DNA of 64,000 bases, taken from positions 18,836 to 82,835 of the forward strand of contig DAISGC010000001.1 in assembly GCA_036823255.1 (NCBI GenBank). The letters run 5' to 3'. The number at the start of each line of letters is the position of its first letter. Position 1 is the first letter of the stretch. This document shows, piece after piece, positions 35,470-43,498 of the stretch. The position numbers were made by a program, and so were the translations under genes. The stretch comes from Phycisphaerales bacterium (lineage in GTDB: Bacteria; Planctomycetota; Phycisphaerae; Phycisphaerales; UBA1924). Below the pieces are notes generated by a model. That model searched no databases and was not told the DNA's origin. It worked only from the letters and a program-made list of their open reading frames with translations.

Positions 35470-36104
35470 TCTATGACATCACTCCGCCCATCACAGATGC
35501 GCTCGCCGTCTGGCCCGGCGACACGCCGATGTCGCGCGAGGTGCTCTGCGACATGGCCACAGGCGCCCCGATCACGCTGTCGACGCTGCGCTCGACGGTG
35601 CACCTGGGGGCCCATGCCGACGGGCCGAATCACTATGCGCACCCGGCCGCGGGCATCGGCGAGCGTCGCCTGGAGCACTATCTCGGTCCGTGCGTGCTGA
35701 TCGATGCCGACGTTCCAAGAGGAGGCCGCGTCGGGGTCGAGCATCTTCGGCTTCCGCCTCGGGGCAGCGGGCTGGTCGTGCAGCCGCGGGTGCTCATCCG
35801 GACCGGGACGTTTCCCGACCCTCGCTCGTGGAATGCGGACTTTGCGGGTCTGGAACCGGCGCTGGTCGACTGGCTCGCGGGGCAGCGGGTGATCACCGTC
35901 GGCATCGACACGCCGAGCGTCGATCTGCAGGACTCGAAGGACCTGCCGGCCCACACCGCGATCGCGCGTCATGACATGGCCATACTGGAGGGGCTTGCGC
36001 TCTCGGGCGTGCCCGCGGGCGTGTACGAGCTCATCGCGCTGCCGCTGAGACTCATGGGCTTTGACGCCAGCCCGGTGCGGGCCGTTCTGCGAACGCTCGA
36101 CTAG
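35466..36104 (+). CDS. kynB: Cyclase-family protein / kynurenine formamidase
   Basis: Motifs present: DITPPI...WPGD, STVHLGAHADGPNHY (the HxGTHxDxPxH-type metal site), ITVGIDTPSVD, AHTAIARHDMAILEGL. Confidence 0.75.
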   Translation: MIYDITPPITDALAVWPGDTPMSREVLCDMATGAPITLSTLRSTVHLGAHADGPNHYAHPAAGIGERRLEHYLGPCVLIDADVPRGGRVGVEHLRLPPRGSGLVVQPRVLIRTGTFPDPRSWNADFAGLEPALVDWLAGQRVITVGIDTPSVDLQDSKDLPAHTAIARHDMAILEGLALSGVPAGVYELIALPLRLMGFDASPVRAVLRTLD

Positions 36105-37120
36105 TGGGCGTTCGCGTCGATCTTGGCGGGGGAGAACGTCTGCCCGCCGGCGCCGAGTGCGGAGCCGACCAGTCGGAGTTCGACGCTCACGCGCGGATCC
36201 GCTGGGTTGCGTCCGGTGGCGCGCAGCAGCCCGCCGCACAGACTCAGCGGCGCGAGCGGCTCGCACGCGATCATCTCGCCGACGAGCGCCGGCTGGTCGG
36301 CGATGCGCAGTTGCAGCGGCACGCGGATCACGCGCACGCTCTTGCCCGCCTCGGTCCAGTCCGGCAGAAAGGCCGGCCAGTCATTCTCGCCGAAGGTCAC
36401 CTGCACGGTTGGTCTGAGCACCATTGCCAGAAGCGAAGGCCGTGCGATCAGCCCTTTGAGGAGATCCTTGAACGGTCCGCGGCGATTCATCGAGCCGCTG
36501 AATCCGAAAAGGGCCATCCAGCCGCGCATCATCCGCTCATGCTCCTGCTCGGGCAGATCGGGCATGACGATGCTCTGCTGGCCACGCAGCTCCGGGCGAT
36601 TCGCGATCGGTGCGGAGCCGTCGTACGGGCCATACCCGAGCAGCTTCAGCGGAAAGCGTCCGGTGGATCTGTCGATGATTGCTCCCAGATCGTCGTACAC
36701 GGTGATCCGCGTTGCGACCGTCGGGGAGCTGAACGCGAAGGGTCGCTTGCCCGCCGAGCTCCTGGTCTGGAACGCCTTCGGATCGGCGTCGGCGAACTCG
36801 GGCAGCAGTTCGATGTGCAGGTATCGCCGGGTCGAACTCGTCGCCGAGTTCGAGACGATCTCGATGAGCACGCGGTCTCCGATGTTCCAGGCATCCCGCG
36901 CCGCCGCCACGTCAAGACTCGGGAGCACGTCGCGCACGGCTGCCGAGGTGGGCCGCCACTCCGCGACCGGGGCCCGATCCGCGGTGGCCTCGATCGAACC
37001 TGTCGACGTGGCGATGGCCGGTCGCTGAGCGCAGCCGGTCGCACACGCGCTCGCGGTCGCCGCGCACAGTCCGATCGTGCGGAGGATCCGGGACCATGGG
37101 CCTGATGCGCTCATGAGCAT
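36101..37120 (-). CDS. Hypothetical lipoprotein
   Basis: The signal/lipobox reads ILRTIGLCAATASACATGCAQ. Its ATG at 37120 overlaps the RidA stop (TGATG), implying co-translation with the two upstream genes. I recognise no catalytic motif. Confidence 0.55.
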   Translation of the reverse strand: MLMSASGPWSRILRTIGLCAATASACATGCAQRPAIATSTGSIEATADRAPVAEWRPTSAAVRDVLPSLDVAAARDAWNIGDRVLIEIVSNSATSSTRRYLHIELLPEFADADPKAFQTRSSAGKRPFAFSSPTVATRITVYDDLGAIIDRSTGRFPLKLLGYGPYDGSAPIANRPELRGQQSIVMPDLPEQEHERMMRGWMALFGFSGSMNRRGPFKDLLKGLIARPSLLAMVLRPTVQVTFGENDWPAFLPDWTEAGKSVRVIRVPLQLRIADQPALVGEMIACEPLAPLSLCGGLLRATGRNPADPRVSVELRLVGSALGAGGQTFSPAKIDANAH

Positions 37121-37536
37121 CAGGGTAGCGTCGCGATTGCCTTGACCTCGAACGCGATCGGCGCGCTCCCGCCCTGGGGGAGCGAGGAGATGCCCACGGT
37201 CGTTCGGCACGGCTGATTCGGCCCCGGCGGAAAGTACTCCGCGTACACGCGGTTGTACACGCCAAAGTCGCGCTGCATGTCCGTCAAGAAGCACGTCATG
37301 TCCACGATGCGATCCCACGACGAGCCGTTCTCTTCGAGGATGTACCGCAGGTTCTGAAAGACCGCACGAACCTGGGCTTCCATGTCATAGCTGACCATTC
37401 GGCCATCCGGGCCGAGCACGACGCCCGGGATGTCCTTGCTCCCGCGCTGCCGCGGCCCCTGGCCGGAGATGAACAGCAGGTTGCCGACTGTGCGGCATGG
37501 GGGGTATGCGCCGACGGGTTCGGGGGCTTTGGTCAT
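37120..37536 (-). CDS. RidA/YjgF/TdcF family protein (possible 2-aminomuconate deaminase-type enzyme)
   Basis: Motifs present: PVGAYPPCRTVGNLLFISGQGP, VFQNLRYILEENGSSWDRIVDMTCFLTDM, NQPCRTTVGISSLP. I trimmed to the ATG at 37536. Confidence 0.8.
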   Translation of the reverse strand: MTKAPEPVGAYPPCRTVGNLLFISGQGPRQRGSKDIPGVVLGPDGRMVSYDMEAQVRAVFQNLRYILEENGSSWDRIVDMTCFLTDMQRDFGVYNRVYAEYFPPGPNQPCRTTVGISSLPQGGSAPIAFEVKAIATLP

Positions 37537-37683
37537 GGGAGAAGTCTCAACGATGGATCTCTCGGCGTCGCAGAGCGTACGGCCTCTGGCCCGGGTCACG
37601 CCGGCGTGGAGCTTGCCGCGCCGTGCCGCCCGTGCGCGATCACCGGGCGGCGTGATCGAATGAGCATCCGATGCGTTCGTGAG

Positions 37684-39156
37684 TCAGTGCCTGATGCACA
37701 CGTTCTTCGGCTCGGTGAAGAACCGCATCGCCTCGAGTCCGCCCTCGCGTCCCACCCCGCTCTGCTTCATCCCGCCAAACGGCGTCCGCAGATCCCGCAC
37801 CATCCAGCAGTTCACCCACACGATGCCGCACTGCAGCAGATCGGCGTATTGCTGCACGCGTGCGACGTCGCGAGCGAAGACCGTCGCCGCGAGCCCGTAT
37901 CCTGTGCCGTTGGCGATGTTGATGGCCTGGCCATCATTCGCGAATCGCTGCACCGTAACGACCGGCCCGAAGATCTCTTCGGTCTCGACCCGGCACGCCG
38001 GATCAAGCCCGTCGATCACCGTCGGCTGGTAGAACAGTCCCTCGCGGCAGCGAGCGGGCAGAAGAGACTGCTCGACGCGAGAGCCCCCGACGAGCACCCG
38101 GCCCCCGAGCTCGCGGGCGAGCTGCACGAAGGACTCGATCTTGCGCATGTGCTCGGGGCTGGTGACGGCGCCGAAGCGCGTCGCCGGGTCGCGTGGGTCG
38201 CCGATGGGCAGGGCACGCACGCCCGCGAGGAATCGCTCCAGGAAGACGTCGGCGATCGACTCGTGCAGCAGCAGCCGCGAACCGCACAGGCAGATCTGGC
38301 CCTGATTGGTGAACCCCGCACGGATGGCGGTGCTCACGGCCTGGTCGATGTCGGCGTCGGCGCAGACGATGAACGGGTTCTTCCCGCCCAGCTCAAGCGA
38401 GACGCGCTTGAGTTGATCCCCGCACTCGCGGGCGATCCAGCGCCCCACGGCGGTCGAGCCGGTGAAGCTCACCGTCGGCACGTCGGGATGCGTGACCAGC
38501 GCGGCGCCAGCCGACGCGCCCCGCCCGTGCACGATGTTCAGAACGCCCGGCGGCAGACCGGCCTCGAAGCTCAGCTCGCCGAGTATCGCCGCAGTCATCG
38601 GTGTGATCTCGCTTGGCTTGCACACCGCGGTGTTGCCCGTCGCCAGCGCCGGGGCGATCTTCCAGGTGAGCAGATAGAGCGGCAGGTTCCACGGAGCGAT
38701 CAACCCGGCGACGCCGCGAGGGCGGCGCAGCGTGAGGTTCAGAGCCCGTACACCGCCCGGCACGCCCCCGCCGTCGAACTCTTGCATCTCTCCGGTCGTG
38801 TGCAGGATCGCGGTGGCAAAGAACCGCAGGTTCGCGGCCGACCTCGGGATATCCACCTCGCGGGCGAGTGTGATGGGCTTGCCGGTGTCGTCGCTCTCGG
38901 CCCTTGCGAGGCGGTCGGCGTGCGCGTCGATCGCGTCGGCCAGTCGAAGCAGGTACCGGGACCGCTCGCTCGCGGGCAGGCCGGACCACCCCTCGAAGGC
39001 GTGAGCAGCGGCTTGAACCGCCCGGTCCACCTCGATCGAACCGGAGTCCGGCACGCGAGCGTGCACCGCCGAGGTCGCCGGCTCGAGGACGTCGATGAAC
39101 GCGCCCGAGGCCGGAGGAGTGACCTTGCCGTCGATGAGATTGCCGAGCACGTTCAT
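37684..39156 (-). CDS. NAD-dependent aldehyde dehydrogenase, 2-hydroxy/2-aminomuconate-6-semialdehyde dehydrogenase-like (XylG/AmnC/ALDH8 type)
   Basis: The catalytic motifs LELGGKNP and NQGQICLCGSRLLL are present. The family-typical segment AESDDTGKPITLAREVDIPRSAANLRFFA resembles the DTGKP...DIPR.A.NFRFFA signature of the muconic semialdehyde dehydrogenase subgroup. Confidence 0.8.
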   Translation of the reverse strand: MNVLGNLIDGKVTPPASGAFIDVLEPATSAVHARVPDSGSIEVDRAVQAAAHAFEGWSGLPASERSRYLLRLADAIDAHADRLARAESDDTGKPITLAREVDIPRSAANLRFFATAILHTTGEMQEFDGGGVPGGVRALNLTLRRPRGVAGLIAPWNLPLYLLTWKIAPALATGNTAVCKPSEITPMTAAILGELSFEAGLPPGVLNIVHGRGASAGAALVTHPDVPTVSFTGSTAVGRWIARECGDQLKRVSLELGGKNPFIVCADADIDQAVSTAIRAGFTNQGQICLCGSRLLLHESIADVFLERFLAGVRALPIGDPRDPATRFGAVTSPEHMRKIESFVQLARELGGRVLVGGSRVEQSLLPARCREGLFYQPTVIDGLDPACRVETEEIFGPVVTVQRFANDGQAINIANGTGYGLAATVFARDVARVQQYADLLQCGIVWVNCWMVRDLRTPFGGMKQSGVGREGGLEAMRFFTEPKNVCIRH

Positions 39157-39281
39157 GACCAGAGTGTACGGAATGGCTCAAGTCGACCCGGGTTCAGGGG
39201 CGCGGACGGAGTTTGGCTTGCAGGCCCGCCGCAGTCGCGGCATACTCGCGTTGTCGAGTGCTCGAGCAGAGGAGTTGCACC

Positions 39282-39533
39282 ATGGGCAAACGCATCGGCC
39301 TGGGAGCGTTCGTCATCGGGCTGTGTGCATCGGGCGCGGGCGTGCTTGCGGGGGCGGCATGGCTGATCTCTTCAACCGAGTGGCCCATCTGGGCCAAGGT
39401 TGTGGTCGGTCTGGCGGCGTTTCCTGTCGGTGCCGCGGCGATGGGCGCGTATCTGCTGATCGCGGCTCTGATCGCGTTCCGCCGCGAGTTGGCGGAGAGT
39501 TTCCGTGGCGCGTGCGCCGACGGCCGATGCTGA
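39282..39533 (+). CDS. Small (83 aa) hypothetical membrane protein, about 3 TM
   Basis: AGAGGAG lies 7 nt upstream of the ATG at 39282. The sequence is MGKRIGLGAFVIGLCASGAGVLAGAAWLISSTEWPIWAKVVVGLAAFPVGAAAMGAYLLIAALIAF... Confidence 0.5.
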   Translation: MGKRIGLGAFVIGLCASGAGVLAGAAWLISSTEWPIWAKVVVGLAAFPVGAAAMGAYLLIAALIAFRRELAESFRGACADGRC

Positions 39534-39629
39534 GGGGCGATCGCCGCACCGGTCCGCAGGCGAGGCGGTTCACCGCGGACCGGGGCCAACCCCGATGGAC
39601 TCAGCACATGTCCAGCACGACGCGGACGA

Positions 39630-40964
39630 TCAGCACCCGGCGAACCACAGGTTCAGATAGTCGAAGATGTCGTTCACATCCAGGATGCCGCCGTTGATGT
39701 TCGCGCTGGGCAGCCCGGCGAACCACGCGTTGAGGAACGCAAACAGGTCGGTGGTGGTGATCTGGCCGTCGTTGTCGAAGTCCGCGACGCAGGGCCGGGC
39801 GTAGAAGAGTGCCTGTCGCGCCACCACGGGGAACGTTGCGGTCTTGGCGAACAGGACGGTCTCGCCCGGATCGTTGAACCTGCCGTCCCCGTTGGTGTCG
39901 GTCGCCACGACGACTTCAGCGGCGCTGTTGCCCGAGACCGAGCCGTTGGAGCACAGCGCGATGCGTCCCGGGCCGATGGCAAAGCCCTGCGAGGTGGCGA
40001 AGAAGGTGCCCATGGGCATGTTGGCCTCTGACCAGAGCACCGTGACCTCGCTGGCCTGATCGATGCTGGAGCTGAGGTTGTCGTCGCTCAGGCGGACGGC
40101 GAGCTGGGGATTGATCGAGGACGTGCGATCGTGCGTGAAGATCGCCACGCCGTCGGTGACGCACGACTGCACGAACCCGGACGTGCCCCCGAAGCTCCCG
40201 GAGGTGTGGAAGACCGCCAGTTCGCCGGCGTCGATCGCGCCGCTGGAGTTGGTGTCGAACGCGCGATAGATCGCATCCGGCGTGGCCGAGTCGCGGTTGT
40301 CGGCGATGTACACCGCGCCGTTGAGCACGCAGATGTCAAAGGGCGAGCTGATCGCGCTCCCGATGATGGTGTTGAAGTCGATGTACAGCGAGCTCTCGCC
40401 GGCGTCGTCGGCGTCCCCGTCGGCGTTGAGATCGCGCACGCGATAGACCGCGTCCTGCGGGAGGGCCGCGCCCGAGCCGGCGTTGCAGACATAGATCGAG
40501 CTTGCGTCTCCGGCCAGCCCGTTGGGCGTGGGCAGGAAGAAGAAGCCCGCGTTGAACTCGGTGAAGAACGCCCGGAGCTCGCCCGGGTCGTTGGCATCGT
40601 TATCGCCGTTGAGGTCCTTGGCGGCGTAGATCGCCCGCGAGTCGCCGTCCCCGAAGTACACCGTGCCGTCGATCGACTGGTACATGCTGAACACGCCTCC
40701 GGTGCAGTTCAGCCCGGCGGCGTTGGAGCCGTCAACGAACACCGTGGTCTCCCCCGGATCGTTGGCGTTGCCGTTGGAGTTGAGATCGCGGCAGAGGAAG
40801 ATGGCGTTGAGCGAGAGGTCGGCGACCAGCAGCCCCGCCGTCCGCCGAGCAACGGGCATGGGCGCCGTTGCCTGAGCCCACACGCCCGGGCACGCGGCGC
40901 CGACGGCGAGCACCAGGGCGGTCAGAGCGAGCCGGTTGGAACGCGAGCGATCGGACGCGAGCAT
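39630..40964 (-). CDS. Secreted repeat protein (Ca-binding-loop/propeller-like repeats) with GC-terminal dockerin-like anchor
   Basis: A GGAGG lies 5 nt upstream of the ATG at 40964. The signal peptide is MLASDRSRSNRLALTALVLAVGAACPGVWAQA. DxNxDGxxxDxGE-type loops recur (DLNSNGNANDPGE, DLNGDNDANDPGE, DLNADGDADDAGE, DTNSSGAIDAGE, DTNGDGRFNDPGE). The C-terminus is PCVADFDNDGQITTTDLFAFLNAWFAG...LDVNDIFDYLNLWFAGC*. Confidence 0.75.
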   Translation of the reverse strand: MLASDRSRSNRLALTALVLAVGAACPGVWAQATAPMPVARRTAGLLVADLSLNAIFLCRDLNSNGNANDPGETTVFVDGSNAAGLNCTGGVFSMYQSIDGTVYFGDGDSRAIYAAKDLNGDNDANDPGELRAFFTEFNAGFFFLPTPNGLAGDASSIYVCNAGSGAALPQDAVYRVRDLNADGDADDAGESSLYIDFNTIIGSAISSPFDICVLNGAVYIADNRDSATPDAIYRAFDTNSSGAIDAGELAVFHTSGSFGGTSGFVQSCVTDGVAIFTHDRTSSINPQLAVRLSDDNLSSSIDQASEVTVLWSEANMPMGTFFATSQGFAIGPGRIALCSNGSVSGNSAAEVVVATDTNGDGRFNDPGETVLFAKTATFPVVARQALFYARPCVADFDNDGQITTTDLFAFLNAWFAGLPSANINGGILDVNDIFDYLNLWFAGC

Positions 40965-41066
40965 GGAAACCTCCGCAGGGACAACCCCCGCCCCGATCCG
41001 CCCCGCCCCAGATGGTAGAGCGTAAGAAAGATAATCCGGTCTGCAATGCCCGCCACCACCAACGGC

Positions 41067-41105
41067 AAAAAACGCCACGCCCCCGGTCAAACAGACCCGG
41101 GGGCG
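41067..41105 (-). terminator. Rho-independent terminator downstream of the 41151-41909 gene
   Basis: The minus strand reads CGCCCCCGG gtctgtttga CCGGGGGCG tggcg TTTTTT. This is a 9-bp GC stem followed by a T6 run, about 45 nt after the stop. Confidence 0.55.
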
Positions 41106-41150
41106 GAGCGCACATCTGGATCGTGGAATCGGTTCGATGCTCGGGCGGGT

Positions 41151-41909
41151 TCAGCGGCGACGCCGAGATCCGGCAAAGGCCAGGCCCGCGAGCAGCATCG
41201 CAGAAACGCCCGGGGTGGGGATCTGCCCGAACTTGATGTTGTCGATGCCGACGCGATCGACCTTGGAGCCGCCCACGGTGATGAGCTGGGTCAGGTCGAT
41301 CCGGATGCGGATCTGCTGAGCGCACAGCGGGCTGCTGGTGAAGTCGAACGTGCGGTGCCGCAGCGGGAGGGTGCCGGGAATGAGCGTCGACGGCGGATTG
41401 TTGATGTCGTAGTCGATTCGGTAGAGCTCGGTGCCGGCGCCATCGGTCACGGTGATCGAGCGGGCCGGGAGGTCTTCGCCGAAGCCGGTCACGGAGTTGT
41501 ACACGGCGGCGAGATCAAAGCTGTACAGGCAGACCAGGAAGCCCGCATCCGCGAAAAGATTGATCTCCAGAATGCCGGGGGAGAAACCGGGAGCATTCCG
41601 GTCGCGGTAGAGCACGTTGTTCAGGTCTCCAAAGACCCGCGTCGGGTCGGCGGGGTTGCTCGCGCCGCCAAGACGCAGCACCGGCTTGTAGTCCACGAGC
41701 ACGTTGGGCGTGATGCCATATTCGGTGCCGTATGAGAATCCGGGGGGCTGGAACGTGTTGGGATCACCGACACGATCGCCGTAAGAGTCCAGGATCTGCG
41801 AGCCGTTCGACCCGCCGAAGTCAAAGGTGAGCACGGTTCCCGCGGCTTGGGAGACCAGACCCGCCGAGACCGTCAGAACAGAAATCAACCCAAGAGAACG
41901 AAAGGACAT
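41151..41909 (-). CDS. Secreted protein with PEP-CTERM-like C-terminal sorting tail
   Basis: AAGGAGG lies 7 nt upstream of the ATG at 41909. The signal peptide is MSFRSLGLISVLTVSAGLVSQAAG. The C-terminus is IPTPGVSAMLLAGLAFAGSRRRR*. Confidence 0.7.
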   Translation of the reverse strand: MSFRSLGLISVLTVSAGLVSQAAGTVLTFDFGGSNGSQILDSYGDRVGDPNTFQPPGFSYGTEYGITPNVLVDYKPVLRLGGASNPADPTRVFGDLNNVLYRDRNAPGFSPGILEINLFADAGFLVCLYSFDLAAVYNSVTGFGEDLPARSITVTDGAGTELYRIDYDINNPPSTLIPGTLPLRHRTFDFTSSPLCAQQIRIRIDLTQLITVGGSKVDRVGIDNIKFGQIPTPGVSAMLLAGLAFAGSRRRR

Positions 41910-42185
41910 GAGACCGCCTCCTTCGCACGCGGCGGACATGCCAACAGACGGCAGGCCCATCGCGAGCGCGATGTGCAACGACACGGTCTCTCTCAAAATG
42001 TTCCCCCTCCCTCTCTCCCCCGAAACCGGGCACACGCCCGAGCCGATAACGTATCACGTTTCCAAACACGATCAAGGGGGTAGCGGGAAATTCCTGCGCC
42101 CGAGGTCCCCTTTTTGGATGTTTCCAAGCGAGCTCAGGCCGCACGCGGCTGAGTTGGGGGCAGATCGTCAGAAATCACCCCTATC

Positions 42186-43406
42186 ATGACCGCAATGCCG
42201 CTCGCACCCCTTCCGGAACTGCTTGAAGAGTTGCGTCAGGGACGGATGATCATCCTGACGGACGACGAAAATCGTGAGAACGAGGGGGATCTGGTCGTCG
42301 CCGCACAGTTTGCGACGCCCGAAGTCATCAACTTCATGCTGCAGCAGGCGCGCGGCTACTTGTGCCTGTCGTTGACGGAGGCGGACTGCGATCGGCTGGA
42401 CCTGCATCCGCAGGCGGCCACGAACACGTCTGTCCGAGGGACGCCGTTTACCGTTTCGATCGACGGGCACCCGAAACATGGGTTCACCACCGGGGTGAGC
42501 GCTCGGGAGCGGGCCAAGTGCATCGCCATGGCCATCGATCCCGGCACTGGTCCTGGCGACTTCGTGCGACCCGGGCACATCAATCCGTTGCGATCGAGGG
42601 AAGGCGGCGTGCTGGTCCGGGCGGGGCAGACGGAGGGATCGGTGGACCTGTGCCGATTGGCGGGGCTGCAGCCCGCCGCGGTCATCATCGAGGTCATGCG
42701 TGATGACGGCGAGATGGCCCGCATGCCGGATCTGGAAGTGCTGGCTCAGCGGCACGGCATCAAGATCGGGACGGTGGCCCAGATCATCGAACATCGCGTT
42801 GCGCGCGAGACGCTGGTTCGCCGGGTGGAACCTGCGGGGGGAACCCCGATCCGAACGCCCTTTGGCACTTTCAATCTCATCGCCTTCCGGACCTTTGTGG
42901 ACCCTCTGCCGCATGTGGTGCTCACCGCCGGCGGCGTCGGATCGCTCGACGAACGTGGGCGTCCGCGGGTGGTGGAGGCCCCGACGCTCGTGCGCATGCA
43001 CCGCCGGCATCTGCTTGGGGACGTGTTTCTCGACCTCGATGCGTCACCGGAGGGCCCGACGGCGAGCACGCTGCACCAGTCGATGCGCATGATCCAGGAG
43101 GCGGGGGCCGGGGCGATCGTGTACCTTCGGCCGGAGGGAGCCCCGGACCAGATCGGGGGGGCGTCTGGAGGGTTGGAGCAGCGGTTGCAGACGATCTTCA
43201 AGCAGGGGATCGAGAGTGCGCCGGGAACCGACTCACCTATTGCGGGGATCAGTGGTCCAATGCGGGATTACGGGATCGGGGTGCAGATCGTGCGCGAGCT
43301 GGGGCTGAGGAACTTGAAGCTGATCAGCAATCACCAGCGCGAGCTGCCAGGCCTGGAGGCCTTCGGGCTGCGAGTGAGCGGGTATGTCCCGCTGACCGGC
43401 GGATGA
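42186..43406 (+). CDS. ribB: 3,4-dihydroxy-2-butanone-4-phosphate synthase fused to a degenerate GTP cyclohydrolase II-like domain
   Basis: The N-terminal half matches RibB (GRMIILTDDENRENEGDLVVAAQ, ARGYLCLSL, FTVSIDG, TGVSARERA, RPGHINPL, GGVLVRAGQTEGSVDL). The C-terminal half aligns with RibA only at its end (RDYGIGVQIVRELGLRNLKLISNH...). It lacks the CxGxxxxxxxxxxCxC zinc-site cysteines. Confidence 0.85.
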   Translation: MTAMPLAPLPELLEELRQGRMIILTDDENRENEGDLVVAAQFATPEVINFMLQQARGYLCLSLTEADCDRLDLHPQAATNTSVRGTPFTVSIDGHPKHGFTTGVSARERAKCIAMAIDPGTGPGDFVRPGHINPLRSREGGVLVRAGQTEGSVDLCRLAGLQPAAVIIEVMRDDGEMARMPDLEVLAQRHGIKIGTVAQIIEHRVARETLVRRVEPAGGTPIRTPFGTFNLIAFRTFVDPLPHVVLTAGGVGSLDERGRPRVVEAPTLVRMHRRHLLGDVFLDLDASPEGPTASTLHQSMRMIQEAGAGAIVYLRPEGAPDQIGGASGGLEQRLQTIFKQGIESAPGTDSPIAGISGPMRDYGIGVQIVRELGLRNLKLISNHQRELPGLEAFGLRVSGYVPLTGG

Positions 43407-43498
43407 CCCGACCATGTTCCGAACATTCAGGAAAGCAGAGTGGTGAGGAGCTACCGTTGGCCCACGGTTGAGACGGGGCTGGGAGCATTGGAGCGACG

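Noticed and set aside
39549-39583. Hairpin CCGGTCCGC-17 nt-GCGGACCGG between convergent genes (39533/39630), considered as a terminator. I also considered the small CCTCGG-CTCA-CCGAGG hairpin at 59948-59963.
   Set aside because: There is no flanking T-run on either strand and the loop is large, so the evidence is insufficient to call an intrinsic terminator.
42036-42185. Expected FMN (RFN) riboswitch upstream of ribB.
   Set aside because: Only a short GGGAAATTCC-like fragment is present. The conserved RFN core elements and the multi-stem layout (about 130 nt) are not recognisable by eye. A covariance-model scan (Rfam RF00050) would be decisive.
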